DNA from: Bacteroidales bacterium
Lineage (GTDB): Bacteria; Bacteroidota; Bacteroidia; Bacteroidales; GCA-2748055
DNA: 26,514 bases
Reading direction: 5' to 3'
Assembly: GCA_021740585.1 (NCBI GenBank)
Contig: JAIOZM010000057.1
Span: 1-26,514, forward strand
The position numbers and the translations under genes were made by a program. This document shows, piece after piece, positions 9,283 through 17,784 of the stretch; the first letter of the stretch is position 1, and every line of letters begins with the position of its first letter. A model generated the notes under the pieces. That model had not been told where the DNA came from and did not search any database. It saw only the letters and a list, made by a program, of their open reading frames with translations.

Positions 9283-10185
9283 ATGCCTAAAGTATTAATG
9301 ACAGGGGGAACCGGACTGATTGGAAGTGCACTAAGCAAAAAATTGGTTGAAAAAGGATATGAAGTAGCTATTCTGAGCAGGGGAAAGAAAAATAATATAC
9401 CATATCCTATTTACACCTGGGACTATAAGCAGAATAAAATTGATCCTGAAGCTATGAATAATACTGACTTCATTATTCATCTGAGCGGAGCAAACATTGG
9501 TGAAAAAAGATGGTCGCCCAAAAGGAAGAATGAGATTCTTGAAAGCCGGGTAATTTCGACAGAATGTATTCAAAAGTATATAACAGAACATAAGCTCAAA
9601 ATAAAGGCCTTTATCAGTGCTTCGGCAGTTGGATATTATGGCTCAATAACTTCTGATAAAATTTTTAGTGAGGAAGATGGCCCCCACGATGATTTCCTTG
9701 GAAATACATGCAGATTATGGGAAGAAGCGGTAGATAAAATTCAGATCCCGGGAGTAAGAACCCTGAAAATAAGAACTGGAATAGTATTTACAAAAGCCAG
9801 GGGAGCTTTGGCGAAAATGATCGACCCCCTGAAATTCGGAATAGGACCAATATTAGGCAATGGTGAACAATATCTGCCATGGATTCATATAGACGATTTG
9901 TGTAATATTTATATTCGAGCTATGGAAGATTCTGAAATGAAAGGATCATTTAATGCCGTAGCTCCTGAACACATTAGCTATAAGGAATTTATTGAAAAAC
10001 TAAAAGTCGTTTATTCAAAACCTTTTTTGAAACTGTATATCCCATCTTTTTTAATAAAAATTATGTTTGGAAAAATGTCTGATATAATTTTAAATGGAAG
10101 CAGGGTCTCCTCTGAAAAATTACAGAACTCTGGTTATAAATTTAGTCATCCAACCCTAGATTCCGCCTTAATAGATTTATTATAA
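9283..10185 (+). CDS. yfcH: YfcH/TIGR01777-family NAD-dependent epimerase/dehydratase-like protein (SDR39U1-like, C-terminal DUF1731)
   Basis: 300 aa. It has an N-terminal Rossmann motif MTGGTGLIGSAL, a conserved GEKRWS block, and QYLPWIHIDDL (matches YfcH QYLAWIHIDDM). The C-terminal DUF1731-like tail is present. Similarity to E. coli YfcH holds along the whole length. Confidence 0.85.
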   Translation: MPKVLMTGGTGLIGSALSKKLVEKGYEVAILSRGKKNNIPYPIYTWDYKQNKIDPEAMNNTDFIIHLSGANIGEKRWSPKRKNEILESRVISTECIQKYITEHKLKIKAFISASAVGYYGSITSDKIFSEEDGPHDDFLGNTCRLWEEAVDKIQIPGVRTLKIRTGIVFTKARGALAKMIDPLKFGIGPILGNGEQYLPWIHIDDLCNIYIRAMEDSEMKGSFNAVAPEHISYKEFIEKLKVVYSKPFLKLYIPSFLIKIMFGKMSDIILNGSRVSSEKLQNSGYKFSHPTLDSALIDLL

Positions 10186-10500
10186 TTGCAGGAATTATTT
10201 AAACAGCGATTTACTTTTGAGCATTAAATTTTGTCTCTCCTGAGTAATCAGGCAGGTATCCTGAATGGCTAAATAACCACCATTTGTCCTTTGGTATCAG
10301 TTTCAGTTCAGCCTTGTTCTAAATTATTAAGTAACTTGAAAACAAATAGCTACACTTCTAAAATTATTTGACCCTGCTAAATAAACACATTAAATAAGTG
10401 AACATTATTAATAAAATTGGGTTATATTTCCTGTATGAAAGATATGTTTTTGCTAAATAAAAAAATCCTTAGCATTAAAATAAATAATACTTGCCCGGCC

Positions 10501-11055
10501 ATGCAAAAAACAATAATTATTCGCTTATTTTTACTTGTGTTTTTAATAACGGGCTTTTTTTTCAGCTCGTGTAAAATTCAGGAGCCTATGATTGATAACA
10601 GAGTTGTAAAATCGCTCGACCTAAATAATTATTTAGGAACCTGGTACGAAATTGCTCGTTACGACCATAGTTTTGAGAAAGGACTTGTTGGTGTAACTGC
10701 AAATTACTCCTTGCGTAAGGATGGTAAGATCAAGGTAGTTAATAGTGGCTACAAAAACACATTAACCGGAAAATATTCTCAGGCAATCGGGAAAGCAAAA
10801 ATACCAGACCCAATTAACGAACCTGCAAAATTAAAAGTGTCTTTTTTCTTGTTTTTTTATGGCGATTATTTTGTAATGGAGCTGGATGAAAACTACCAAT
10901 GGGCATTGATAGGCAGCAATTCTGATCGTTACTTATGGATTTTAAGCCGCACACCTAAAATTGAAGAAGAATTGTATAGCGAGTTGCTCCAAAAATTAAT
11001 TAAGCGTGGCTATGATGTAACGAAACTAATTAAAGTCGAGCAGAAGGAGTTATAA
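10501..11055 (+). CDS. blc: Bacterial lipocalin Blc (outer-membrane lipoprotein)
   Basis: The ORF is open from 10417, but the likely start is the ATG at 10501. That start gives MQKTIIIRLFLLVFLITGFFFSSC, a lipoprotein signal with lipobox Cys. Strong collinear similarity to E. coli Blc: YLGTWYEIARYDHSFEKG, TANYSLRKDG, AKLKVSFF, YLWILSRTP, GYDVTKLIKVEQ. Confidence 0.9.
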   Translation: MQKTIIIRLFLLVFLITGFFFSSCKIQEPMIDNRVVKSLDLNNYLGTWYEIARYDHSFEKGLVGVTANYSLRKDGKIKVVNSGYKNTLTGKYSQAIGKAKIPDPINEPAKLKVSFFLFFYGDYFVMELDENYQWALIGSNSDRYLWILSRTPKIEEELYSELLQKLIKRGYDVTKLIKVEQKEL

Positions 11056-11074
11056 ACCAAAATTCATTAGCAGA

Positions 11075-11482
11075 ATGAATATTCTCAATATAATTATAAG
11101 TTACTTTTTCACCTTTTTGGTTTTTTTAGCCGTGGATATGTTATGGCTTGGTGTAATTGCTAAAAACCTTTACCGTAAGTATCTTGGTACTTTTTTATCA
11201 GACCAGATTAATTGGACAGCTGCATTTATTTTTTACCTTATTTTTGTAATTGGCATTTCAATTTTTAGCATCTACCCGGCTGTACAGAGAGAATCAGCAT
11301 CCCATGCAGTTTTAATGGGAGTATTGTTTGGATTCTTCACTTATGCAACTTACGATTTAACCAATTTATCTACCTTGAAGGGATGGCCGGTTACTATTGT
11401 AATTATTGATATTATTTGGGGGAGTGTATTATCTGCAATGGTTAGTTTTGCAGGTTTTCATATTGTTAAATGGATTAATTAA
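11075..11482 (+). CDS. DUF2177-family small integral membrane protein
   Basis: 135 aa with 4 predicted TM helices. The N-terminal pattern FLAVDMLWLGVIAKNLYRKYLG is as I recall for the DUF2177 family. It sits 19 nt downstream of blc. Confidence 0.65.
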   Translation: MNILNIIISYFFTFLVFLAVDMLWLGVIAKNLYRKYLGTFLSDQINWTAAFIFYLIFVIGISIFSIYPAVQRESASHAVLMGVLFGFFTYATYDLTNLSTLKGWPVTIVIIDIIWGSVLSAMVSFAGFHIVKWIN

Positions 11483-11490
11483 TTGAAAAA

Positions 11491-13290
11491 ATGTATAAGA
11501 TTGAAGCACCTTTTATCAATGGCAAATTCCTTTATTATGCATTTATCGCAGGGGGGAATCAGATATTGCAAAATCAGGTTGAAATTAACCGGATAAATGT
11601 TTTTCCTGTTAATGATAAAGATACTGGCACTAACCTAGCCTCTACTATTCGGTCGGTAATCGATAATATAAAACCTAATAAGTCGTATAAAACAACGGTT
11701 AATAATATTGCCGATGCAGCCCTAATGGGTGCCAGAGGTAATTCCGGGGTTATTTTTGCTCAGTTTTTATATGGTCTGAGCCGCGAAACCAAAAACAAAC
11801 CAATTATTACCCTTACAGAATTCGCTGAAAGTGTAAAAAATTCCATTCCTTATATTTACGAAGCAATCGCTAACCCGGTTGAAGGTACAATGTTAACAGT
11901 TATCAAGGAATGGTCTGACTTTCTTTCCAGCAAAAAAGAAGCAATTCATGATTTTAAGAATATTATTATCGATTCTCTTGCTGTACTGGAAAAATCATTG
12001 GCTGAAACCACTCTGAAACTTAAAGCATTAAATAAAACAGGTTTTGTTGATGCAGGAGCAAAAGGATTTGTTTTATTTATTAAAGGCATTATCGATTTTA
12101 TTATTAACAGGAATATCAGAAATCTGGTTCTTGACTCCCATGAAAATATCTCACTTATTCATTCTGAAGAGATCAGCCATGAAGAAATAGAGCACAGGTA
12201 TTGTACCGAGGCAATTATTAAAAATATTAATGTCAGCAAGGCAGAACTTCAGAAAATACTTAGCAAAAGTGGTGATTCAGTGGTGGTGGCGGGATCAGAA
12301 AGCATTTGCCGTATTCATATACACACCAATCATCCTGCCCGGTTTTTTCACGAATTAAAAGATATTGGAACTATTACTTTTCAGAAAGTAGACGATATGG
12401 TACGCCAGCAGGAAGCCGTTATTAACAGGAAATGGAATATAGCTATTGTAACAGATTCAACCTGCGATTTATCTCAGGAGCTTATTGATTTTTATCAAAT
12501 TAATATCCTTCCTATCAACTTAAATTTTGGTGACAACCACTATTTAGACAAAGTAACGATTCAACCCGAGCAGTTTTATAATTTACTTGAGTCAAATGCC
12601 GAATTCCCAAAATCTTCTCTTATCAATGAACAGGCATTTACAAACTTATACTCGCATTTAGCTTCGCATTACGACGCCATAATAGCCGTGCACCTTACCA
12701 GTCAGTTTAGCGGTACGTATGCAAATAGTCAGAAAGCCGGGGAACGGATTTCCAAAGAATTTAACAAACCGGTTCACGTTATCGATTCTAAAAACTTATC
12801 AGGAGCTCTGGGTTTGCTTGTGCTAAAAACTGCTCAATCGATTGAAGCTGGTGAGTCTCTCGATTCAGTAGTAAAAACTCTTAAAAATGATGTGGCTCAT
12901 TCGAAAATATTTGTAAGTGTAAAGAACCTAAAATACATGATAAAAGGAGGACGTGTTTCCAGACCAAAAGGAATAATAGCCTCAGCCTTAGGACTAAATC
13001 CGGTTATTTCAATAGATGAACAGGGGAAATCACTCCTGTTTGGCAAAACCTTTAGTCAGGAAGCCAGCTTAAATAAAATATACAGCCATATTTTAAAAAT
13101 CAGCGAGGGGAAGAAAATATGGAACCATATTATACTTCATGCCCATAATCCTGAAGGAGCCCAAAAAGCTGAAGAGAAAATGATTCAGATTACAGGAAAA
13201 AAAGCGGTTTCAATTGTCGATATTTCACCAGTTATCGGTATGCATGCAGGAAACGGTGCCATCGCTATCTCATTACTTTTCAATAATTAA
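11491..13290 (+). CDS. Dak2 (DhaL-like) domain fused to DegV-family fatty-acid-binding domain
   Basis: 599 aa. The N-terminal half has DhaL/Dak2 motifs (NDKDTGTNL, close to DGDxGxN, and GARGNSGVIFAQF). The C-terminal half starts with the DegV hallmark IAIVTDSTCDLSQELIDFYQINILPINLNFGDNHYLD, then VHLTSQFSGTY. It starts 8 nt after the DUF2177 gene. Confidence 0.8.
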   Translation: MYKIEAPFINGKFLYYAFIAGGNQILQNQVEINRINVFPVNDKDTGTNLASTIRSVIDNIKPNKSYKTTVNNIADAALMGARGNSGVIFAQFLYGLSRETKNKPIITLTEFAESVKNSIPYIYEAIANPVEGTMLTVIKEWSDFLSSKKEAIHDFKNIIIDSLAVLEKSLAETTLKLKALNKTGFVDAGAKGFVLFIKGIIDFIINRNIRNLVLDSHENISLIHSEEISHEEIEHRYCTEAIIKNINVSKAELQKILSKSGDSVVVAGSESICRIHIHTNHPARFFHELKDIGTITFQKVDDMVRQQEAVINRKWNIAIVTDSTCDLSQELIDFYQINILPINLNFGDNHYLDKVTIQPEQFYNLLESNAEFPKSSLINEQAFTNLYSHLASHYDAIIAVHLTSQFSGTYANSQKAGERISKEFNKPVHVIDSKNLSGALGLLVLKTAQSIEAGESLDSVVKTLKNDVAHSKIFVSVKNLKYMIKGGRVSRPKGIIASALGLNPVISIDEQGKSLLFGKTFSQEASLNKIYSHILKISEGKKIWNHIILHAHNPEGAQKAEEKMIQITGKKAVSIVDISPVIGMHAGNGAIAISLLFNN

Positions 13291-13301
13291 CCCCGTTTTA
13301 A

Positions 13302-14078
13302 ATGCTCGACCTTTTTTTACAATCTGCGCTTATTATCCTGATACTTGTAACTTTGTTATGGATTTTAAGTGTTATAATAAAAAATGTAAGCATTGTTGAC
13401 TTATTTTGGGGAATTGGCTTTGTGGTAGCTAATACATATTATGCCTTTAGTTCAGGAGATTTAAGCGGCCGTAAATTACTTTTACTTGTGTTAGTCACTT
13501 TATGGGGATTGAGACTTTTTATTTATCTCTCTATCAGAAATATTGGAAAGGGTGAGGATTTCAGATATCAGGAATTCAGAAGAAATTATGGTCCTGAACG
13601 GTATTGGTGGTTTAGTTATTTTCAAACCTTTTTGTTGCAGGGCATGCTAATAATGATTGTCTCCCTGCCCCTTCTGGGAGTTCATGCAAGTAAAAATTCA
13701 TTGGAACTTAATTTTTTGGATTATATCGGTATCATTGTTTGGCTAATCGGATTTGTATTCGAAGCCGGAGGAGATTATCAACTGGCCCGTTTTAAACAAA
13801 ATCCGCAAAACAAAGGTAAAGTTTTGAATACAGGCTTTTGGAGGTACAGCCGACATCCCAATTATTTTGGAGATTCGGCAGTTTGGTGGGCATTCGGAAT
13901 TTTTAGTCTGGCAGCGGGAAGTTATTGGCAGATTATAGGTTCCGTTGTGATGACCATACTACTTCTAAAAATTTCAGGGGTTGCTTTACTTGAAAAGACT
14001 TTAAATACCAAAAAACCTGAATACAATGAGTACATTAAAAAAACCAGTTCGTTTATACCCTGGTTCCCAAAAAAATAA
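13302..14078 (+). CDS. DUF1295 / steroid-5-alpha-reductase-ICMT-like membrane protein
   Basis: 258 aa, polytopic. It carries the conserved C-terminal block FWRYSRHPNYFGD, the RHPxY-G motif shared by DUF1295, ICMT and 5-alpha-reductase-like proteins. It starts 11 nt after the previous stop. Confidence 0.8.
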   Translation: MLDLFLQSALIILILVTLLWILSVIIKNVSIVDLFWGIGFVVANTYYAFSSGDLSGRKLLLLVLVTLWGLRLFIYLSIRNIGKGEDFRYQEFRRNYGPERYWWFSYFQTFLLQGMLIMIVSLPLLGVHASKNSLELNFLDYIGIIVWLIGFVFEAGGDYQLARFKQNPQNKGKVLNTGFWRYSRHPNYFGDSAVWWAFGIFSLAAGSYWQIIGSVVMTILLLKISGVALLEKTLNTKKPEYNEYIKKTSSFIPWFPKK

Positions 14079-14168
14079 TTCTACTTGGGTATAAATCTTT
14101 ACTCATTCTGAGTGAATCTGCGAAACACTCCATACATAAAAGATTTTATTAATCAATCGGAAAATCAA

Positions 14169-14630
14169 ATGGCATTCTATCAGTTTAAAAGAGAACAATT
14201 CATTAAAGCCTCTGTTGAGGAAGTCTGGGATTTTATCTCTTCACCAAAAAATTTAAAAAAAATTACTCCAAAAAAAATGGGCTTTGAAATACGAAATCAG
14301 GATTTGCCCGACAAAGTATACGAGGGAATGATTATTAGTTATAAAGTCCGACCATTATGGAGCATTCCCGTGACCTGGGTTACTGAAATTACTCATGTAA
14401 AAGATAAATCTTATTTTGTTGACGAACAAAGAGTTGGGCCATACAGTCTATGGCACCATCAGCATAGTATCGAAGGCACAGAAAATGGAGTGTTAATGAA
14501 AGACATAGTGAGCTATTGCCCTCCTTTTGGTTTATTGGGTCGTATTGCCAACAAATGGATTATAAGCAATAAATTACATGAGATTTTTGATTACCGCACA
14601 AAAGTTTTGAATAATATATTTCCATCATGA
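14169..14630 (+). CDS. SRPBCC (START/Bet v1-like) ligand-binding domain protein
   Basis: The ORF is open from 14112, but the likely start is the ATG at 14169 (MAFYQFKREQFIKASVEEVWDFISSPKNLKKITP). The size is ~150 aa. The VWDFIS..P.N....P motif is typical of SRPBCC/COG4276-type proteins. This is a fold-level call only. Confidence 0.55.
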   Translation: MAFYQFKREQFIKASVEEVWDFISSPKNLKKITPKKMGFEIRNQDLPDKVYEGMIISYKVRPLWSIPVTWVTEITHVKDKSYFVDEQRVGPYSLWHHQHSIEGTENGVLMKDIVSYCPPFGLLGRIANKWIISNKLHEIFDYRTKVLNNIFPS

Positions 14631-15055
14631 GAATTTGGTCATTACATCCCGAATATCTTGATGTAAAAGCTTTGGTTGCACTCTGGCGGGAAACCCTTCT
14701 GGCAAAAAATGTTTTGGAGGGCAATACCAAAGGCTATAAAAACCATCCCCAACTAAACCGTTTTAAAAAATCGGACAAGCCCCTTGCAGCCATCAATAAA
14801 TATCTGGAAGCTGTGTATGAAGAAGCCCTAAAGCGAGGTTATCACTTTAATAAAGATAAGTTCAATAGTCATTTTGAAACTATTACATTAGTTGTTACAA
14901 AAGGACAAATGGAATATGAAACCCGGCATCTTTTGAATAAATTGAAGATTCGTGATTATGAGCGCTATCAGAATGTACTAAAGCTAAGCCAGCTGAATCC
15001 TCATCCATTATTTAAAATCGTTAATGGTGAAATAGAAGATTGGGAAGTTGTGTAA
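14627..15055 (+). CDS. Pyrimidine-dimer DNA glycosylase / endonuclease V-like (Pyr_excise family)
   Basis: 142 aa. The N-terminus MRIWSLHPEYLDVKALVALWRETLLAKNVL matches the conserved start of the bacterial Pyr_excise (T4 endoV-like) family. The start overlaps the upstream stop (ATGA), consistent with translational coupling. Confidence 0.75.
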   Translation: MRIWSLHPEYLDVKALVALWRETLLAKNVLEGNTKGYKNHPQLNRFKKSDKPLAAINKYLEAVYEEALKRGYHFNKDKFNSHFETITLVVTKGQMEYETRHLLNKLKIRDYERYQNVLKLSQLNPHPLFKIVNGEIEDWEVV

Positions 15056-15323
15056 GAAATTCTCTTATGACTTCCATATTATATTTCTATATCCTCCTTA
15101 CTATCTAACCTTTAAATTCATTGTTTTTGGAAATGAAAATTCCCATTCCATAACCTGTTTCATGCTCCCTTAATAAATGCTGTTATAGTAAGCCCCGCAT
15201 GGCATTTTATACATTACAGCATCAAAATTCCGGGTAGAAACAACCATTTTGTGCCTGAAAAACCTTATTTTAGCAATTGAAAGCATTTTAAGCAGGTTTA
15301 TTATTTTATCAATTTGAATAAAG

Positions 15324-16154
15324 ATGAAAAAATCGATTCTTTTTGCATTCGTAATAATTGCTGCCAACGGATTTATGGCCTACAATGTTCTAAACAATAA
15401 TTCCGTTCACTCAACCGGAGGTGCAGCCCCGGGATATTGTAATGACCCAATTGGAGGAAATAAAACATGTACTAGTTGTCATTCGGGCCCGGGTGCAACA
15501 TTTATTGCCGATCTTATTACCTCTGATGTACCGGTTGAAGGTTATACACCCAATACAACCTACACAATAACAGCCACTATTGCCAGAGAAGGCCATAGCA
15601 AATTTGGATTTGAAATATCTCCCCAAACTCAGGATAATAGTATTTTTATAGGAACTTTAATAAATACTAATTCAGAAACACAATTAACCGGTTCAGGTAA
15701 TAATTACATCACCCATACTTCAGGCGGAACAATCGGCGAAGGTTCAAAAACATGGACATTTGACTGGACTGCACCGGACCAGGGAACAGGCGATGCAATT
15801 ATGTATGGAGCATTTAATGTAACAAATTCCGGTAATAATTCCGGTTTGGACACCATTTACACCTCAACTCTCCTTATTCCTGAAAATACTTCCGCAGGTG
15901 CTGAAAATTTTTCATCCATTGAACAAAGTTTCTCTGCATACCCAAACCCTGCCAGCGAATTAATTACCATTAAAATCAAGGATAACTTAAGAGGAAAAGA
16001 CCTGAAAATTACAGACCAGGCAGGCAGGCAGGTATATATCGGAAAGCTGGATGATAAATTGACATCGCTGAATATCAGTAATTTACCATCCGGGATTTAT
16101 TTGCTACAAGTCGGAGAACAAAAAGAGCTGACTTTAAAAATTATAAAGCAATAA
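15324..16154 (+). CDS. Secreted protein with T9SS (Por) C-terminal sorting domain; N-terminal region contains a single CxxCH motif
   Basis: 276 aa. The signal peptide is MKKSILFAFVIIAANGFMA. The C-terminal ~80 aa (FSAYPNPASELITIKIKD...LPSGIYLLQV...LKIIKQ) are a typical T9SS type-A sorting domain. CTSCH occurs at aa ~49-53. The mid-region is Thr/Gly/Asn-rich and beta-rich. Confidence 0.75.
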   Translation: MKKSILFAFVIIAANGFMAYNVLNNNSVHSTGGAAPGYCNDPIGGNKTCTSCHSGPGATFIADLITSDVPVEGYTPNTTYTITATIAREGHSKFGFEISPQTQDNSIFIGTLINTNSETQLTGSGNNYITHTSGGTIGEGSKTWTFDWTAPDQGTGDAIMYGAFNVTNSGNNSGLDTIYTSTLLIPENTSAGAENFSSIEQSFSAYPNPASELITIKIKDNLRGKDLKITDQAGRQVYIGKLDDKLTSLNISNLPSGIYLLQVGEQKELTLKIIKQ

Positions 16155-16224
16155 AATTCCGTTAAATTCAAATAAAACAACTTCCTGAAAGGATAATAAA
16201 CACTAATTTGACTACTTATAAAAT

Positions 16225-17667
16225 TTAATTGACAATTAAATAATCTACCAGATTTTTCGCTGCCTGCATATTCTGAAAGGATTCCGGTAACCTGCTGTTA
16301 TCGATATATTCATTATATATCCATGGATCGCCAATAGCCAGAACCCTCCCCTTTCCGTATTCACACTCGGCTATAAAAACATCATCGCCATCCTTCAAAA
16401 CAGATTTTGCATTCCCACTCAATAAAATCGGGGCCACTTCCTTCATGTAAATTTTTTGAACATCTTTAAACAAAGGATGACCGGGTAGGTTTATCTCCGC
16501 TCCCATCTCCCATTCCTTCCCTGTAACAGGGTTTAAAGTAATCGGTACAAACTCGAAACCGAACACTGAGGCAAGCTTATTAAAATGCTCAAATTCGCAA
16601 TTTGGTCCATCGTTCGCCATAATGAGCAGCGTACCTCCTGCTTTTACCCATTTTTCAATACTCACAATCGATGTTTCAGTAATATAATTTGGATTCTCCG
16701 ATTCTTTGGGCGTATCAGGATCAACAATAATATATACATCAAGTTGCCTTAATATTTCAATTGAAGGTTCCTCCGATATTGTTTTAAGAACAGCTCCCTT
16801 GCTTTGAATTAAGCCACCTAATTGAGAATATCCGCTATTTTGAGTGTCTGTCCAGGTATAGTGATAAAGCTCCCCTGTTTTAGCATTCGTTTCTCTGTTA
16901 AACCAGTTATCAAGACCAACTGCAATACTTCTGTCCTTAATATGAGCAGACAGTTCTTCAGAAATATTAACAATTTCTTCCGTTGCCAGTTTAGCCACTT
17001 GCTGAGCTCCTTTTATACTAAAATGTGTATTATCTTGTTTTCCTTCAGGATTTCTTTCGTCAGGATCAGACCACAAGTAAAACTCCTTTGAAGCCTCATC
17101 ACCCAAAGACAAAAGCCATTTTCTTGTTAATTGCTGAAGATCAACAAGTGGAAGGTTCATTTCTTTGGCAAGCTCGCGCATTGCTGCAGGATAGTCTCCA
17201 TGAGTCTCAATAAGATTTCCATTTTTATCAAAGTTACGCCTTACAACTGGAGTAAATAGTACCGGGACGGCTCCCATTGACTTTGATTCATTTACAAATT
17301 TTTTCAAATTCGACTTATAGCTTCCTTGTGGAATTGTATAACGGGAAGTATCCGAAATCTTTTCATCATTATGCCCAAATTGTATAAATACATAATCGCC
17401 CGGGCTCAAAACATTCAAGACATCAGCCCATAAACCTTCATCAATAAAGCTCTTGGTACTTCTGCCATTCACAGCATGATTATGGATTATAACCTGATTA
17501 TCAAAATACTCAGGCAAGGCTTGTCCCCATCCGGTTTCAGGAAAAACCTCCGGCTTTTTATCGGCCATTGTTGAATCTCCAATTGTATAAATATTAATGG
17601 GTTTCTCTGCACTGAAGCTCATTACAAAGGCAATAATTACTATAAAAAACAAGTTTCTGATTTTCAT
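16225..17667 (-). CDS. SGNH/GDSL hydrolase (rhamnogalacturonan-acetylesterase-like) fused to a C-terminal class-I-glutamine-amidotransferase-like/DUF4350-like domain; secreted
   Basis: 480 aa. The signal peptide is MKIRNLFFIVIIAFVMSFSA. Block I is IYTIGDSTM (GDS-type catalytic Ser); GWGQ and FIQFGHNDE blocks follow. The C-terminal 200 aa (DVYIIVDPDT...AGGTLLIMANDGP...GRVLAIGDPW) resemble a ThuA/DUF4350-type fold. Confidence 0.7.
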   Translation of the reverse strand: MKIRNLFFIVIIAFVMSFSAEKPINIYTIGDSTMADKKPEVFPETGWGQALPEYFDNQVIIHNHAVNGRSTKSFIDEGLWADVLNVLSPGDYVFIQFGHNDEKISDTSRYTIPQGSYKSNLKKFVNESKSMGAVPVLFTPVVRRNFDKNGNLIETHGDYPAAMRELAKEMNLPLVDLQQLTRKWLLSLGDEASKEFYLWSDPDERNPEGKQDNTHFSIKGAQQVAKLATEEIVNISEELSAHIKDRSIAVGLDNWFNRETNAKTGELYHYTWTDTQNSGYSQLGGLIQSKGAVLKTISEEPSIEILRQLDVYIIVDPDTPKESENPNYITETSIVSIEKWVKAGGTLLIMANDGPNCEFEHFNKLASVFGFEFVPITLNPVTGKEWEMGAEINLPGHPLFKDVQKIYMKEVAPILLSGNAKSVLKDGDDVFIAECEYGKGRVLAIGDPWIYNEYIDNSRLPESFQNMQAAKNLVDYLIVN

Positions 17668-17784
17668 TTTTACGACATTTATTTTAGAGCGTCAAGTTAA
17701 AAAAAAATGAATACTTATGGCATAAATATGAAAAGGCTTCCCATAATGAGCAAGCTTTTTCAAAATGTAAATGTTTAACAGGAA

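Noticed and set aside
10417-10500. N-terminal 28-codon extension of the Blc ORF (MGYISCMKDMFLLNKK...)
   Set aside because: The lipoprotein signal peptide and lipobox begin at the internal Met (10501) and the extension has no signal-peptide character. It is most likely untranslated leader, so the start was moved to 10501.
10186-10500. Bacteroidota-type promoter (TTG at -33 / TAnnTTTG at -7) for the blc operon
   Set aside because: Only approximate matches were found by eye (for example ttatttgacc near 10365). No exact TAnnTTTG motif sits at a sensible distance, so no promoter was called.
15170-15367. 65-aa minus-strand ORF overlapping the start of the T9SS cargo gene
   Set aside because: It overlaps the start of the T9SS cargo gene (15324) and its upstream region. 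It has no motif and Lys/Ile-rich AT-driven composition, so it is probably noise.
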